Below are positions 1 through 10,316 of a DNA stretch of 64,000 nucleotides, in pieces (position 1 is the stretch's first letter; each line of letters begins with the position of its first letter). This DNA is from an uncultured delta proteobacterium (GTDB taxonomy: Bacteria > Desulfobacterota > Zymogenia > Zymogenales > Zymogenaceae). The position numbers and the translations under genes were made by a program. The stretch covers positions 192,001 through 256,000 of the forward strand of contig CAWBYW010000007.1 of assembly GCA_963792965.1 (NCBI GenBank), given 5' to 3'. The notes beneath the pieces were generated by a model. The model was not told the DNA's origin. It was given only the letters and a program-made list of their open reading frames with translations, and did no database searches.

Positions 1-2
1 TC

Positions 3-194
3 GAAGTCCGCGTGGAGGTCAATGAATCCGTATTCTCCGATGAGATCAAGAAACTCCAGGTCCTCGAAGGGAAGATCGAAAAGGACATCAAGGACCTCCT
101 CGGCGTGAACGCGACGGTGAAGCTCGTCGAGCCCAAGACCATTACCCGCAGTGAGGGAAAGGCCGTCAGGGTTATTGACAAACGAAAGCTATAA
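3..194 (+). CDS. paaK: Phenylacetate-CoA ligase family protein, C-terminal end (gene begins before the window)
   Basis: C-terminus [10 protein letters not shown]...[23 protein letters not shown] matches the PaaK C-terminal domain; followed by an ACT protein and Liv genes. Confidence 0.85.
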   Translation, partial: EVRVEVNESVFSDEIKKLQVLEGKIEKDIKDLLGVNATVKLVEPKTITRSEGKAVRVIDKRKL

Positions 195-208
195 GGGAGA
201 TTGAGGCC

Positions 209-640
209 ATGAAGGTAGAACAGATTTCGATCTTTTTGGAGAATAAGTCCGGAAGGCTGGCCGAAGTCACGAAGATTCTCGGAGAGGGCGGGGTCAATAT
301 CCGGGCGCTTTCGCTGGCCGACACCTCGGATTTCGGGATTCTGCGCCTCATCGTCAACAATACCGAAAAAGCAAAGGATATCCTCAAAAAACACAACTTC
401 ACTATGGGAAAGACCGAGGTCATCGCCGTAGAGGTTCCCGACAGGCCTGGAGGGCTCGGGCACATCCTTGAGGTACTCAGGAAGGAAAATATCAACGTCG
501 AGTATATGTACGCTTTCATCGAGAGAAGCGGAAAGGATGCCGTCATCATCTTTCGCTTTGACGAGATCGATAAGGCAATCACGGTGTTGACGAAGAACAA
601 AATCGTCGTTCTTCCCGGTGAAAAGGTCTATTCGCTGTAA
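209..640 (+). CDS. Tandem ACT-domain protein (PaaK-associated)
   Basis: [17 protein letters not shown]...[10 protein letters not shown] and second repeat VPDRPGGL...NVEYMYAF. Confidence 0.9.
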   Translation: MKVEQISIFLENKSGRLAEVTKILGEGGVNIRALSLADTSDFGILRLIVNNTEKAKDILKKHNFTMGKTEVIAVEVPDRPGGLGHILEVLRKENINVEYMYAFIERSGKDAVIIFRFDEIDKAITVLTKNKIVVLPGEKVYSL

Positions 641-673
641 ACGATACTACCCATCTATTATGAGGTTTTATCC

Positions 674-1837
674 ATGAAAAAGAAGGTTTTCTTTTCTCTC
701 GTTTTGTGCATCGTCTTTGTCGGGCTGATCGTCTCCTCCTGCGGTAAGAAACCCGCCCAGCCCGGTGGCGAGCCATACATCATCGGCGGGGTCTTCTCTA
801 TCTCGGGGAGCAACTCGCCGCTCGGTGAGCCGGAAAAGAACTCGATGAACATGTTCGTGGACAAGGTCAACAAAGAAGGCGGAATCGACGGCCACCCGCT
901 GACTGCCGTCATCTATGACGACGAGGGCGACGCCACCAAGTGCCTGAACATGGTAAAGAAGCTCATTGAAAAAGATAACGTCCTGGCCATCGTGGGCCCG
1001 AGCCTGTCTGGCAATACCCTCGCGGTCATGCCCGTCGTCGAGGAAAAACAGATCCCCCTCATTTCGTGCGCGGCAAGCATCAAGATCACCAGTCCCGTCA
1101 ACAAGTGGGTCTTTAAGACACCTCAGACGGACGTCCAGGCCGTTGAGCGGATCTACGAGTACCTTGCGAAAAAGGGAATCAAGAAGATCGCCATCATGAC
1201 CGTATCCAACGGTTATGGTGACAGCGGCAAGGAGCAGCTCAAGGCTCAGGCGCCCGGCGCCGGGATGACGATCGTCGCGGAAGAGTCTTTCGGTGAGAAA
1301 GACGAAGACATGACCGCGCAACTGACGAAAATAAAGGGATCCGGGGCCGAGGCGATCGTCTGCTGGGGCACCAACCCGGGGCCCGCGATCGTCGCCAAGA
1401 ACATCGTTCAGCTCGGTATTACGATCCCGCTTATCCAGAGCCACGGTGTGGCTTCTCCGAAGTATATCGAGTACGCGGGTACGTCGGCAAACGGCAACGT
1501 TCTTCCCACGGGCAAGATCCTTGTTCTGGACCAGCTCCCCGCGACCGACCCACAGCGTCCCGTCCTTGCCGACTATAAGAAATTGTACGAAGACACGTTT
1601 AAATCACCGGTCTCAGGATTCGGCGGTTATGCATGGGACGCGATGGGAATCATCGCCGGTGCCCTCAAGGAATCCGGAGGCGACCGCGCGAAGCTGCGTG
1701 ACGCCATCGAAAAGACGACCGGCTTTATAGGTGTGAGCGGCATTTTCACCATGACGCCTGAAGACCACAACGGACTCACCAAGGACGCCTTTGTCATGGT
1801 CGTTATCGAAAACGGCACATGGAAGATCATCCCATAG
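674..1837 (+). CDS. Liv/HAAT ABC substrate-binding lipoprotein
   Basis: Lipobox VSSC; GGIDGHPL, YDDEGD, DMTAQLTKIK motifs; upstream of livHMGF. Confidence 0.9.
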   Translation: MKKKVFFSLVLCIVFVGLIVSSCGKKPAQPGGEPYIIGGVFSISGSNSPLGEPEKNSMNMFVDKVNKEGGIDGHPLTAVIYDDEGDATKCLNMVKKLIEKDNVLAIVGPSLSGNTLAVMPVVEEKQIPLISCAASIKITSPVNKWVFKTPQTDVQAVERIYEYLAKKGIKKIAIMTVSNGYGDSGKEQLKAQAPGAGMTIVAEESFGEKDEDMTAQLTKIKGSGAEAIVCWGTNPGPAIVAKNIVQLGITIPLIQSHGVASPKYIEYAGTSANGNVLPTGKILVLDQLPATDPQRPVLADYKKLYEDTFKSPVSGFGGYAWDAMGIIAGALKESGGDRAKLRDAIEKTTGFIGVSGIFTMTPEDHNGLTKDAFVMVVIENGTWKIIP

Positions 1838-1865
1838 TGGTATGATTTCCCGCATTCGATATCAT

Positions 1866-1896
1866 GAGGCTAAGCACGTCTGTTTAGCCTCTTTTT
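1866..1896 (+). terminator. Hairpin plus U-tract after the SBP gene
   Basis: GAGGCTAAGCA-cgtc-TGTTTAGCCTC-TTTTT. Confidence 0.75.
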
Positions 1897-1900
1897 ATAT

Positions 1901-2791
1901 ATGGTCATGATGCAGTTTGAGCAGATCCTTCAGTACCTGATCGGTGGTATCACCAAGGGCAGCATCTACGCGGTCGTGGGGCTCGGCTTCACAATTATCT
2001 ACAACTCCACCGAGATTATCAACTTCGCGCAGGGAGAGTTCGTGATGCTCGGGGCGCTCTTCATGGTGACTTTCGGCTCGGTATTACACCTCCCGATCGT
2101 GATTGCCTTCCTGCTATCGGTCATCGCGGTTACGATCGTGGGGATACTGGTCGACCTGCTCATTATCAGGCCGGTGAAGAGACCGTCGCCGGTGACACTG
2201 ATTATCATTACCATCGGGGCCTCTATCTTCATCAGGGGTGTGGCGGTCTTCGTGTGGGGGAAAGACCCGTATCCGCTGAAATCCTTTTCCGGTGATACGC
2301 CGCTTGAGATCTGGGGGGCCTACATTATGCCCCAGACGCTTTGGATTATCGGTATAACGGCCGTGGTCCTTGCCGTTCTCCATTTCTTTTTCGAGTATAC
2401 GATCGCGGGCAAAGGGATGCGGGCCTGCGCCGTCAACCCGCGGGCGGCCAGGCTCTTGGGGATCAGGGTCAAAAGGATGGTGATGATGACGTTCGCCCTG
2501 TCGGGAGGGCTCGGGGCGGTGGCGGGAATCATCATCTCTCCGATTACTCTGGCGACCTACGACATGGGGGTGATGCTCGGGCTGAAGGGGTTCTGCGGTG
2601 CGGTGATCGGCGGGCTCGGCAGCGTCCCGGGGGCGATTATCGGAGGTCTTGTCCTCGGGATTCTTGAGTCGCTCGGGGCGGGGCTGATATCGTCGGCCTA
2701 CAAGGATGCGATCGCCTTCGTGATACTTTTGATCGTCCTCTTTATCAAGCCCACCGGAATATTCGGGGCAGGTGAGACCAAGCGGGTGTAA
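1901..2791 (+). CDS. livH: Liv-type ABC permease LivH
   Basis: GSIYAVVGLGFTIIY...INFAQGE, GKGMRACAVNPRAARLLGI; exact start among several ATGs uncertain. Confidence 0.92.
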   Translation: MVMMQFEQILQYLIGGITKGSIYAVVGLGFTIIYNSTEIINFAQGEFVMLGALFMVTFGSVLHLPIVIAFLLSVIAVTIVGILVDLLIIRPVKRPSPVTLIIITIGASIFIRGVAVFVWGKDPYPLKSFSGDTPLEIWGAYIMPQTLWIIGITAVVLAVLHFFFEYTIAGKGMRACAVNPRAARLLGIRVKRMVMMTFALSGGLGAVAGIIISPITLATYDMGVMLGLKGFCGAVIGGLGSVPGAIIGGLVLGILESLGAGLISSAYKDAIAFVILLIVLFIKPTGIFGAGETKRV

Positions 2792-2794
2792 GCG

Positions 2795-3740
2795 ATGAAG
2801 GTAAGACGAGACGCCGTTTACTTCCTGATCCTCATCGCGACCGTCGCGGCACTGCCGCTTTTCCTGAAGGGCGATTACTATCTGAGCATACTGGCGGTCA
2901 TCGGACTCAACACGATTCTGGCGCTCGGGCTCAACCTCCTCATGGGGTACGCGGGACAGATATCCCTCGGCCATGCGGCCTTCTTCGGCATTGGAGCCTA
3001 TACGTCCGGGATACTCACGGCAACGTACGGTGTGCCGCCTCTTGTCGCGGCGGCCTGCGCCCTGCTCATCGTCGGCCTTGTCGCCCTCGTCGTGGGAATA
3101 CCATCGTTGAAACTGAGGGGCCAATATCTCGCCATGGCGACGCTCGGGTTCGGGATCATCGTCTACATCCTCCTCAGGGAGATGGGATGGCTTACCGGCG
3201 GCCCCTCGGGATTACGGGATATCCCGACGGCTATCGCTGTTCGGTTTCAGCTTTGACAGCGACCTCAAAAAATACTACCTGGTATGGGGGACGGCGATCT
3301 GCATCCTGGTGGTAAGCAGCAATATTGTCAACTCCCGCGTGGGCAGGGCGCTTAAGGCCGTTCACACTTCGGAGGTTGCGGCCGCGACGCTCGGCATCAA
3401 TATCCAGGGATATAAATTGTCGATCTTCGTTATCAGCGCACTGTTTGCATCCGTCGCGGGAAGTCTCTTCGCACACGTCATGAACTTCATCAGTCCCGGG
3501 TCATTCGGGTTCAATTTTTCCATCGTCCTGGTGACGATGGTGGTTGTGGGAGGGATGGCCAGTATCTGGGGCTCGATCTTCGGGGCATCGGTCCTGACGT
3601 TCCTACCCCTGTCGCTCACAGTGCTGGAAGAATTTGACATTGTCGTCTACGGCGCCATCCTCATGGTCATCATGATCGTCATGCCGGAGGGACTCACGCG
3701 TGGGATCATCGATCGGATACGGGGGAGGATCCGACGATGA
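2795..3740 (+). CDS. livM: Liv-type ABC permease LivM (frameshift near 3224-3231, probable sequence error)
   Basis: GYAGQISLGHAAFFGIGAY in ORF 2795-3256; continues LSLFGFSFDSDLKKYY...SRVGRAL...GGMASIWG in the next frame to 3740. Confidence 0.88.
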
Positions 3741-4501
3741 TACTGTCGGTTGAAGGGCTCAGCATGAATTTCGGGGGCGTAGCCGCGCTTCAGGACGTCA
3801 CCTTCGGGGTCAGCGCGCACCACATCAAGGCTATCATTGGGCCCAACGGCGCCGGGAAAACCACGCTTTTCAATCTGATCACCGGGATTTACCCACCCAC
3901 GTCAGGAAGGATCGTCTTTGATGGAAAAGAGATCACAGGCAGGCGCCCCGATAGAATCGCCGCCCTCGGGGTTACGCGGACCTTCCAGAACGTCGAGCTT
4001 TTCTCGAACATGAGCGTTATCGAAAACGTCATGGTCGGAAGGCATATTCGGTCGCACTCCGGCTTTCTGACGAGCGCACTCAGCCTGCCCTGGGCCCGCA
4101 GGGAAGAGCGGGAAATAAAGAGCCGCGCGCGCCAATACCTCGATTTCGTGGGGCTTCTGCCGAGGGCAGGGGACATGGCGTTGTCGCTCCCGCTCGGACA
4201 TCAACGGTATCTTGAAATTGCCCGGGCACTCGCACTTGAGCCGAGACTGTTGTTGCTCGACGAGCCGGCCGCAGGACTCGATGAACGGGAAACGGAAGAG
4301 TTGTCGCTGTTGATAAAAAAGATTAGGGATACCGGGATCACGATCGTTCTGGTCGAGCACGACATGAGCCTGACAATGGCGATATCCGATGAGATTGTCG
4401 TTTTGGACTACGGCAGACTCATCGCCGAGGGAACGCCGCGCGAAGTCCAGTACGACAAAAAGGTCATCGACGCCTATCTGGGCGGAGGCACGGTTGCTTA
4501 G
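3737..4501 (+). CDS. livG: Liv-type ABC ATPase LivG
   Basis: GPNGAGKTT, RTFQN, LLLLDEPAAG, VEHDM, IDAYLG. Confidence 0.95.
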   Translation: MILSVEGLSMNFGGVAALQDVTFGVSAHHIKAIIGPNGAGKTTLFNLITGIYPPTSGRIVFDGKEITGRRPDRIAALGVTRTFQNVELFSNMSVIENVMVGRHIRSHSGFLTSALSLPWARREEREIKSRARQYLDFVGLLPRAGDMALSLPLGHQRYLEIARALALEPRLLLLDEPAAGLDERETEELSLLIKKIRDTGITIVLVEHDMSLTMAISDEIVVLDYGRLIAEGTPREVQYDKKVIDAYLGGGTVA

Positions 4502-5228
4502 AGTCAGGAATATTACCTCGTGCTATGGAAAGATCAGAGCGCTCCAGAACGTGTCGCTCCATGTCTGGAAAGGTGAGATCGTCTCGATTATCGGCGCAAA
4601 CGGCGCCGGCAAAACGACGCTGATTAATACCATATCGGGGATTGTCTCTCCGGTAACGGGCGGCATCATGCTGGACGGAAAGGACATCACGAAAAGGAAC
4701 CCCGAGGATATCGTCGGAATGGGACTAACGCAGGTTCCGGAGGGAAGGCAGATATTTAACCCCCTGACAGTGCTTGACAATCTTAAGCTGGGGGCCTATC
4801 TCAGGTATAGAAAAGGTCAAAAGAAGAAAATCCACCAGGACATCGAAGAAGTATTCTCGATATTTCCGATACTCGGGGACCGCAGCTCCCAGCGTGCAGG
4901 AACACTCTCGGGGGGAGAGCAACAGATGCTCGCCATTGCCCGGGGGCTGATGGCCCGGCCCTCTCTTCTCATGCTCGATGAGCCGTCCCTCGGCCTTGCC
5001 CCGAAGATCGCGGCCGAGATCATCGACGTGATCGTGAGGCTTAAGGAAAAGGGGCTCACGATCCTGTTGATCGAGCAGAATGCCCGGGCGGCGCTGGCGG
5101 CCTCGGATCGCTCGTACGTGATTGAGACCGGCAACGTGATCGTCGAAGGGGAGGGGAGGGCGCTCCTTCATGATGGGGACGTTAAACGGGCATATCTCGG
5201 AAGGGATTACGGGGAGTTTTGGGAGTAG
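4494..5228 (+). CDS. livF: Liv-type ABC ATPase LivF
   Basis: GANGAGKTT, VPEGRQIF, LSGGEQQMLAIAR, DEPSLGLAP; TTG start at 4494 overlaps the livG stop, GGAGG upstream. Confidence 0.93.
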   Translation: MLRVRNITSCYGKIRALQNVSLHVWKGEIVSIIGANGAGKTTLINTISGIVSPVTGGIMLDGKDITKRNPEDIVGMGLTQVPEGRQIFNPLTVLDNLKLGAYLRYRKGQKKKIHQDIEEVFSIFPILGDRSSQRAGTLSGGEQQMLAIARGLMARPSLLMLDEPSLGLAPKIAAEIIDVIVRLKEKGLTILLIEQNARAALAASDRSYVIETGNVIVEGEGRALLHDGDVKRAYLGRDYGEFWE

Positions 5229-5231
5229 ACC

Positions 5232-6540
5232 ATGAGGATCTATAATCGTCGCTACGAGAGGCTTTCGAAAGACGAAATAGAGCAGGTACAGCTTGAGCGG
5301 CTGCAGAGCACCGTTCATCGCGCGCATAAAAACGTCCCGTTTTACCAAAACGAGATGAAAAAAAGAAATGTCCTTCCTTCCGACATCCTCAATATATCGG
5401 ACCTTGCCAAATTCGGTTTTACGACGCGTGACGATCTCGGATACAACTATCCGTACGGGCTCTTTGCCGTACCCCTTCGAGACATCGTTCGGATCAACTC
5501 CACGTCCGGAACGGCGGGAAAACCTACCGTCGTCGGCTATACGAAAAACGATCTGGGCGTATGGGTTGACCTGCTCTCCCGCCTCTATACCGCTTCCGGG
5601 GTCACCGCCGACGATATCGTCCAGATATCCTTCGTCTTCGGGCTGACGAACTGGGGCAGGGGGATGGCCGCCTCCGCCGAACATATCGAGGCCTCGGTCA
5701 TCCCGATGAGCGCCCTCAACCCGGAAAAAGAGATCATGATCATGGCCGACTACAAGACCAGTTGTCTCGTGTCGACACCGTCGCATGCCCTGCATCTGGC
5801 CGGCCTTCTCGTCCGAGCTGGGGATGGGTCGGGATAAGCTCTCGCTCAAGCGCGGGATCTTGGTGAGCGAGGCGATCTATCCGGAAACGAGAATCCGTAT
5901 AGAGGAAGAGCTCGGCATCCGTGTTTCGTCCGGCTACGGTATTCCCGAAGCGATGGGTCCCGGGATCGCATACGAGTGTTCCGAGGGGAGGCTCCATGTG
6001 GCGGAAGACCATTTTATCGTCGAGATTGTCGATCAAAACACCGGCCACGCCCTCCCGGATGGGGAGGAAGGGGAGTTGGTCATCACGACGCTCACCACAA
6101 AGGCCAATCCGTTGATACGGTTTCGCACCGGCGACGTCAGCCGGATCGTGCCGAACGACGGGTGTCCGTGTACAAGGACAATGAAAACGATCGAGTTTCC
6201 GACCAAACGCGCGGACGACGGGCTCTCCATCCGTGGCGTCAGGATCTATCCATCACAGATAGAGCGGATCATCACGTCCGCACTCAAGGAGACTCCGCCC
6301 TACATGATCAGTGTTTACAAAGTCAACGAGCTCGATGAACTCGACATACTCATCGAGGAGGTGGAATCCCTCTTCTCAGATGAGATCAAGATACTTGAAA
6401 AGATGATCGCCACCATCAGACAGGACCTCTCGGAGATCCTTGGGATCAAGGCGAACATCAGGCTCGTCGAGCATGTTACCATGGACGCAATAAAGCGCGA
6501 AGGCGCTATCATTTTTACTAACCGTAGCACAAAGGAGTAA
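5232..6540 (+). CDS. PaaK-like (ANL superfamily) protein, divergent; frameshift near 5808-5812
   Basis: QLERLQST, YPYGLFAVP, RINSTSGTAGKPTVVGYT, GELVITTL, RFRTGD; two ORFs (5232-5837, 5785-6540) join on removing one base. Confidence 0.85.
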
Positions 6541-6543
6541 CTT

Positions 6544-7687
6544 ATGAAGAGGATTATTCTATTTGCACTGGTCGCGCTCTTGGCTCTTTCTCTGTTCTGG
6601 ACCGGATGTAAAGAGAAGGCGAAAACCGGGGGAGAGCCGATTATCATCGGCTCGATCCTGAGGCTTTCCGTCGGGCGCATCGGACGGAATCCCGGCCAAA
6701 CGCGGCATTGAGATCGCCGTAAAGGAGATCAACGACGCCGGCGGAATCAACGGGAGGCCGCTTGAGGCAACTTTCGAGGACTCCCAGGACAAAGACACCG
6801 AGGCCGTGAACGCCGCCAACAAGCTGATATCGGTCGATAAGGTCCCCGTCATTATCGGCCCCATGAAGAGCGGTGAGACCCTCGCGGTGGCGCCGATCGC
6901 CGAGGATAACAAGGTTGTGCTCATTACGCCGACCGCCACGTCTCCCAAGGTTTCGGGTGTCGGGAAATACGTCTTCCGCGGCTGTTCCCGGATCGACAAG
7001 CAGGTGGAAGCCCTGGTGAACTACGCCATTGAGAAGTACGGCGCCAAGAAGGCGGCGATCCTCTACAGCAAAGAGCCGTACGGCGAGGGGTTCAAGGACC
7101 TGTTCATCAAGTTCTTCGGCGAAAAGGGCGTTGAAGTGGTCGCCGTTGAATCATTCATGGTGGGAGATAAGGACTTCAAGGCCCAGCTCACGAAGATCGC
7201 TGCCACAAAATTCGATATCCTCTGCATCCCCGGCTATCTCCAGGAAACGGCTCCGGCGGTCGTCCAGGCACGGATGCTCGGCATTACCGCTCCGACGTTT
7301 GGCGGTTACGGAGATATCGCTCCTCTCTACATTGAGCTGGCAGGTCCGGCGGCCGAGGGCCACGTCGTGTCGGGCGAGTATGACGAGGGATATGATACGC
7401 CAAAGAACAAGGAGTTCGTGAAGGAATATTATGACATCGTCAAGAAAGATCCCAATGAGCCCAACAACATCATGTTTGCCGCCATCACGTATGACATGAC
7501 CCACATCGTCGCTGACGCCATGAAGCAGGTCGGCACGGATCCCACGGCGATTAGGGACTATCTGAGGAGCCTGAAGGATTACGACGGGGTTACCGGAAAG
7601 CTGAGCTTCGATGATAAGGGAGATGTCCAGAAGGGTGGGATATACCTCTTCGAGGTACAAAACGGTAAATACGTCAAGGTTAAGTAA
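6544..7687 (+). CDS. Liv/HAAT ABC substrate-binding lipoprotein; frameshift in GGG at 6673-6675
   Basis: AAGGAG SD then ATG 6544 MKRIILFALVALLALSLFWTGC (lipobox); after the shift GASDGIPAKRGIEIAVKEINDAGGINGRPL runs into ORF 6806-7687. Confidence 0.85.
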
Positions 7688-7694
7688 GTAAATA

Positions 7695-7729
7695 GGCGAA
7701 AGGGGAGGGGGCAATCGCCCCTCCCCGCC
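7695..7729 (+). terminator. GC-rich stem-loop after the second SBP gene (no clear U-tract)
   Basis: GGGGAGGGG(7702-7710)/CCCCTCCCC(7718-7726) inverted repeat. Confidence 0.55.
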
Positions 7730-7808
7730 CTTATCTCCGTCAGGGCAGCATCGGCATCGATACCCCTCGGTGCTTCACGGCTCTTTTCATAGGACGCACT
7801 ACTACTCT

Positions 7809-8675
7809 ATGTTTCTACAGCAGCTCATAAACGGTATGGCGACGGGGAGCATCTACGCGATGGTGGCCCTCGGGTATACCATGATCTACGGCATCCTCGG
7901 GCTCATTAATTTCGCCCAGGGAGAGATCTACATGGCCGGCGCCTTTACTGCGGTATTGGCGATCTCCACTTTGCATGTCGGATTCGTAACCGCCTTATTC
8001 CTTGCGCTTGTGGTGAGCTCGCTGGTCGGGGTCCTCATGGAGCGGCTGGCATTCCGTCCGCTCAGAAACTCAAACCCGCTCATCCCCCTGATAGCCGCCA
8101 TCGGCGTATCAATTTCACTGCAGAGCCTCGCACGGATCCTTTTTGGGCCCAACAACCGTCCGTTTCCGATTACCTTTAATTATAAAATAGTGCACATACT
8201 CGGGACGAAGATTCCCGTACTCGATATCGCGATCCTGGCTGCCGCCGGTGCCCTCATGGTATGCCTGACCGTCTTTATCAAGAGATCAAAATATGGAAAG
8301 GCTATGGTAGCCTCTGCGACGGACGGCGAGGCTGCCCGGCTCATGGGGATCGACGTCGATAAGATGGTGACCCTGACGTTCGTAATCGGCTCGGTGCTCA
8401 GCGGTGCGGCCGGGGTGATGACGGCTGTCTACTACAACGCGACCTATCCGACCATGGGGATGCTCACGGGCCTAAAGGCGTTTTCCGCCGCTATTCTGGG
8501 CGGCGTCGGGAGCATCCCTGGGGCGATTGTAGGGGGATTGATTCTCGGCGTTGCCGAGAACCTCGGTGCCGCATACGTCTCGTCGGGCTTGAAGGACGCG
8601 GTGGCGTTTTCGATAATGATTATCGTTTTGATCGTGAGACCATCCGGTCTATTTGGTAGGGCGGGCAAACAGTGA
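7809..8675 (+). CDS. livH: Liv-type ABC permease LivH
   Basis: MFLQQLINGMATGSIYAMVALGYTMIYGILGLINFAQGE; LKAFSAAILGGVGS. Confidence 0.93.
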   Translation: MFLQQLINGMATGSIYAMVALGYTMIYGILGLINFAQGEIYMAGAFTAVLAISTLHVGFVTALFLALVVSSLVGVLMERLAFRPLRNSNPLIPLIAAIGVSISLQSLARILFGPNNRPFPITFNYKIVHILGTKIPVLDIAILAAAGALMVCLTVFIKRSKYGKAMVASATDGEAARLMGIDVDKMVTLTFVIGSVLSGAAGVMTAVYYNATYPTMGMLTGLKAFSAAILGGVGSIPGAIVGGLILGVAENLGAAYVSSGLKDAVAFSIMIIVLIVRPSGLFGRAGKQ

Positions 8676-9598
8676 CGGCGTATATTCTTCATGTCCTGAT
8701 TTTCATGGCGATTTACACGATTCTTGTGCTTTCCCTTAATCTTATCATCGGCTTTTCCGGGCAGGTCTCTCTCGGCCACGCGGCGTTTTACGGCATCGGA
8801 GCCTACGTCAGCGCAATAGCGGTGGTCAAGCTCCTCCTTCCGTTCAGCGTCGCGCTTATATCCGCAGGCATCGTCGCCGGTTTTTTCGGGATACTCCTCG
8901 GGCTGCCGACGCTGCGGCTTAAGGATGACTATCTTGCAATCGTGACGCTCGGCTTCGGGATCATCATCGTCATCGTGGCGCTTAACGTCGATTACCTTGG
9001 GGGCACCGACGGCATTATGGGTATACCGTCGCCCACATTGTTCGGCATTAAGTTATCATCGAAAATAGAGTTCCTGGGCCTCTCGACGACCCTGGCGATC
9101 GTTACGGGATTTTTCATGTATCGGATAAAACGATCGAGAATCGGGCGTGCCCTTGCCGCGATCAGAGATGATGACGTCGTGGCCAAGGTCATGGGAATCA
9201 ACACGACGAAATATAAGGTCATGGCCTTCGGACTCGGTTCGGGGTTTGCCGGGATTGCCGGCTCGCTCTACTCCTCGTACGTCCATTTTATTGACCCCAA
9301 CACGTTCGGCCTTTCCACGTCGATCCTGATCCTCTGCATGGTGGTGCTCGGGGGCATCGGCAGCATTCCCGGCTCGATCTTTGGGGCATCGATTCTTACC
9401 GCTCTCCCGGAGTTATTGCGGCTTATCATCAAGGAGATCCCGGGCATTTCCGATAAATACCCCGAATTCCAGACCCTTGCATACGGCCTCCTTCTCGTAT
9501 TTATCATCATCCTGAGGCCACAGGGTATCCTCGGTAAATCGGATACGGGGAGAAAATTTTCACTCCAAAATATTCTGAAGATTAAGAAACGTGCTTAA
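8672..9598 (+). CDS. livM: Liv-type ABC permease LivM
   Basis: GFSGQVSLGHAAFYGIGAY, LRLKDDYLAIVTLGFG, GRALAAIRDDD. Confidence 0.93.
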   Translation: MTAYILHVLIFMAIYTILVLSLNLIIGFSGQVSLGHAAFYGIGAYVSAIAVVKLLLPFSVALISAGIVAGFFGILLGLPTLRLKDDYLAIVTLGFGIIIVIVALNVDYLGGTDGIMGIPSPTLFGIKLSSKIEFLGLSTTLAIVTGFFMYRIKRSRIGRALAAIRDDDVVAKVMGINTTKYKVMAFGLGSGFAGIAGSLYSSYVHFIDPNTFGLSTSILILCMVVLGGIGSIPGSIFGASILTALPELLRLIIKEIPGISDKYPEFQTLAYGLLLVFIIILRPQGILGKSDTGRKFSLQNILKIKKRA

Positions 9599-10316
9599 GA
9601 TCCGAAACCTCCACGCTTCATATGGAAACGTACATGTCCTCAAGGGGATATCGCTGCATATCGGCCATGGGGAAATCGTCACCATCATCGGGGCAAACGG
9701 CGCCGGAAAATCGACGCTCCTCAAGACGATCTCGGGTCTTGTCGGGACGGGCAGGGGAGACATCTTCTTCGAGGAGACGTCGATCACCGGGCTTTCCGTG
9801 GATAAGATCGTCAGGCTCGGCATATCGCACGTTCCCGAAGGAAGGAGGATCTTCGCAAAACTCTCAGTAGGGGATAATCTCGCGCTCGGATCCTTTTCCC
9901 GGGACGACCGGGAGATGGTCGGCGAGGATCTCGAAAGGGTATTGTCCCTGTTCCCGGTCCTCGGAAACAAATATCACCAGAAAGGCGAGACACTGTCGGG
10001 CGGCGAGCAGCAGATGCTTGCCATTGCCCGTGCCCTTATGAGCAGGCCGAAGCTAATCATGATGGACGAACCGTCCATGGGTCTTGCGCCCAAGATGGTC
10101 CATCAAGTGTTTCGGATCATCAGGAGCCTCAAGGAAAGCGGGACGACCATTCTCCTCATCGAGCAAAATGCGCGGGCGGCGCTCTCGATCGCCGATCGGG
10201 GCTACGTCATGGAAATGGGGAAATTCATCATCGAGGGTGAGCGCGAGTCGCTCTTCAACAACAATGAGGTGAAGCGAGCTTACCTCGGCAAGGGGTATCG
10301 GGAGATCGCCGAATGA
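9591..10316 (+). CDS. livF: Liv-type ABC ATPase LivF
   Basis: GANGAGKST, VPEGRRIF, LSGGEQQMLAIAR, DEPSMGLAP. Confidence 0.95.
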   Translation: MLKIRNLHASYGNVHVLKGISLHIGHGEIVTIIGANGAGKSTLLKTISGLVGTGRGDIFFEETSITGLSVDKIVRLGISHVPEGRRIFAKLSVGDNLALGSFSRDDREMVGEDLERVLSLFPVLGNKYHQKGETLSGGEQQMLAIARALMSRPKLIMMDEPSMGLAPKMVHQVFRIIRSLKESGTTILLIEQNARAALSIADRGYVMEMGKFIIEGERESLFNNNEVKRAYLGKGYREIAE

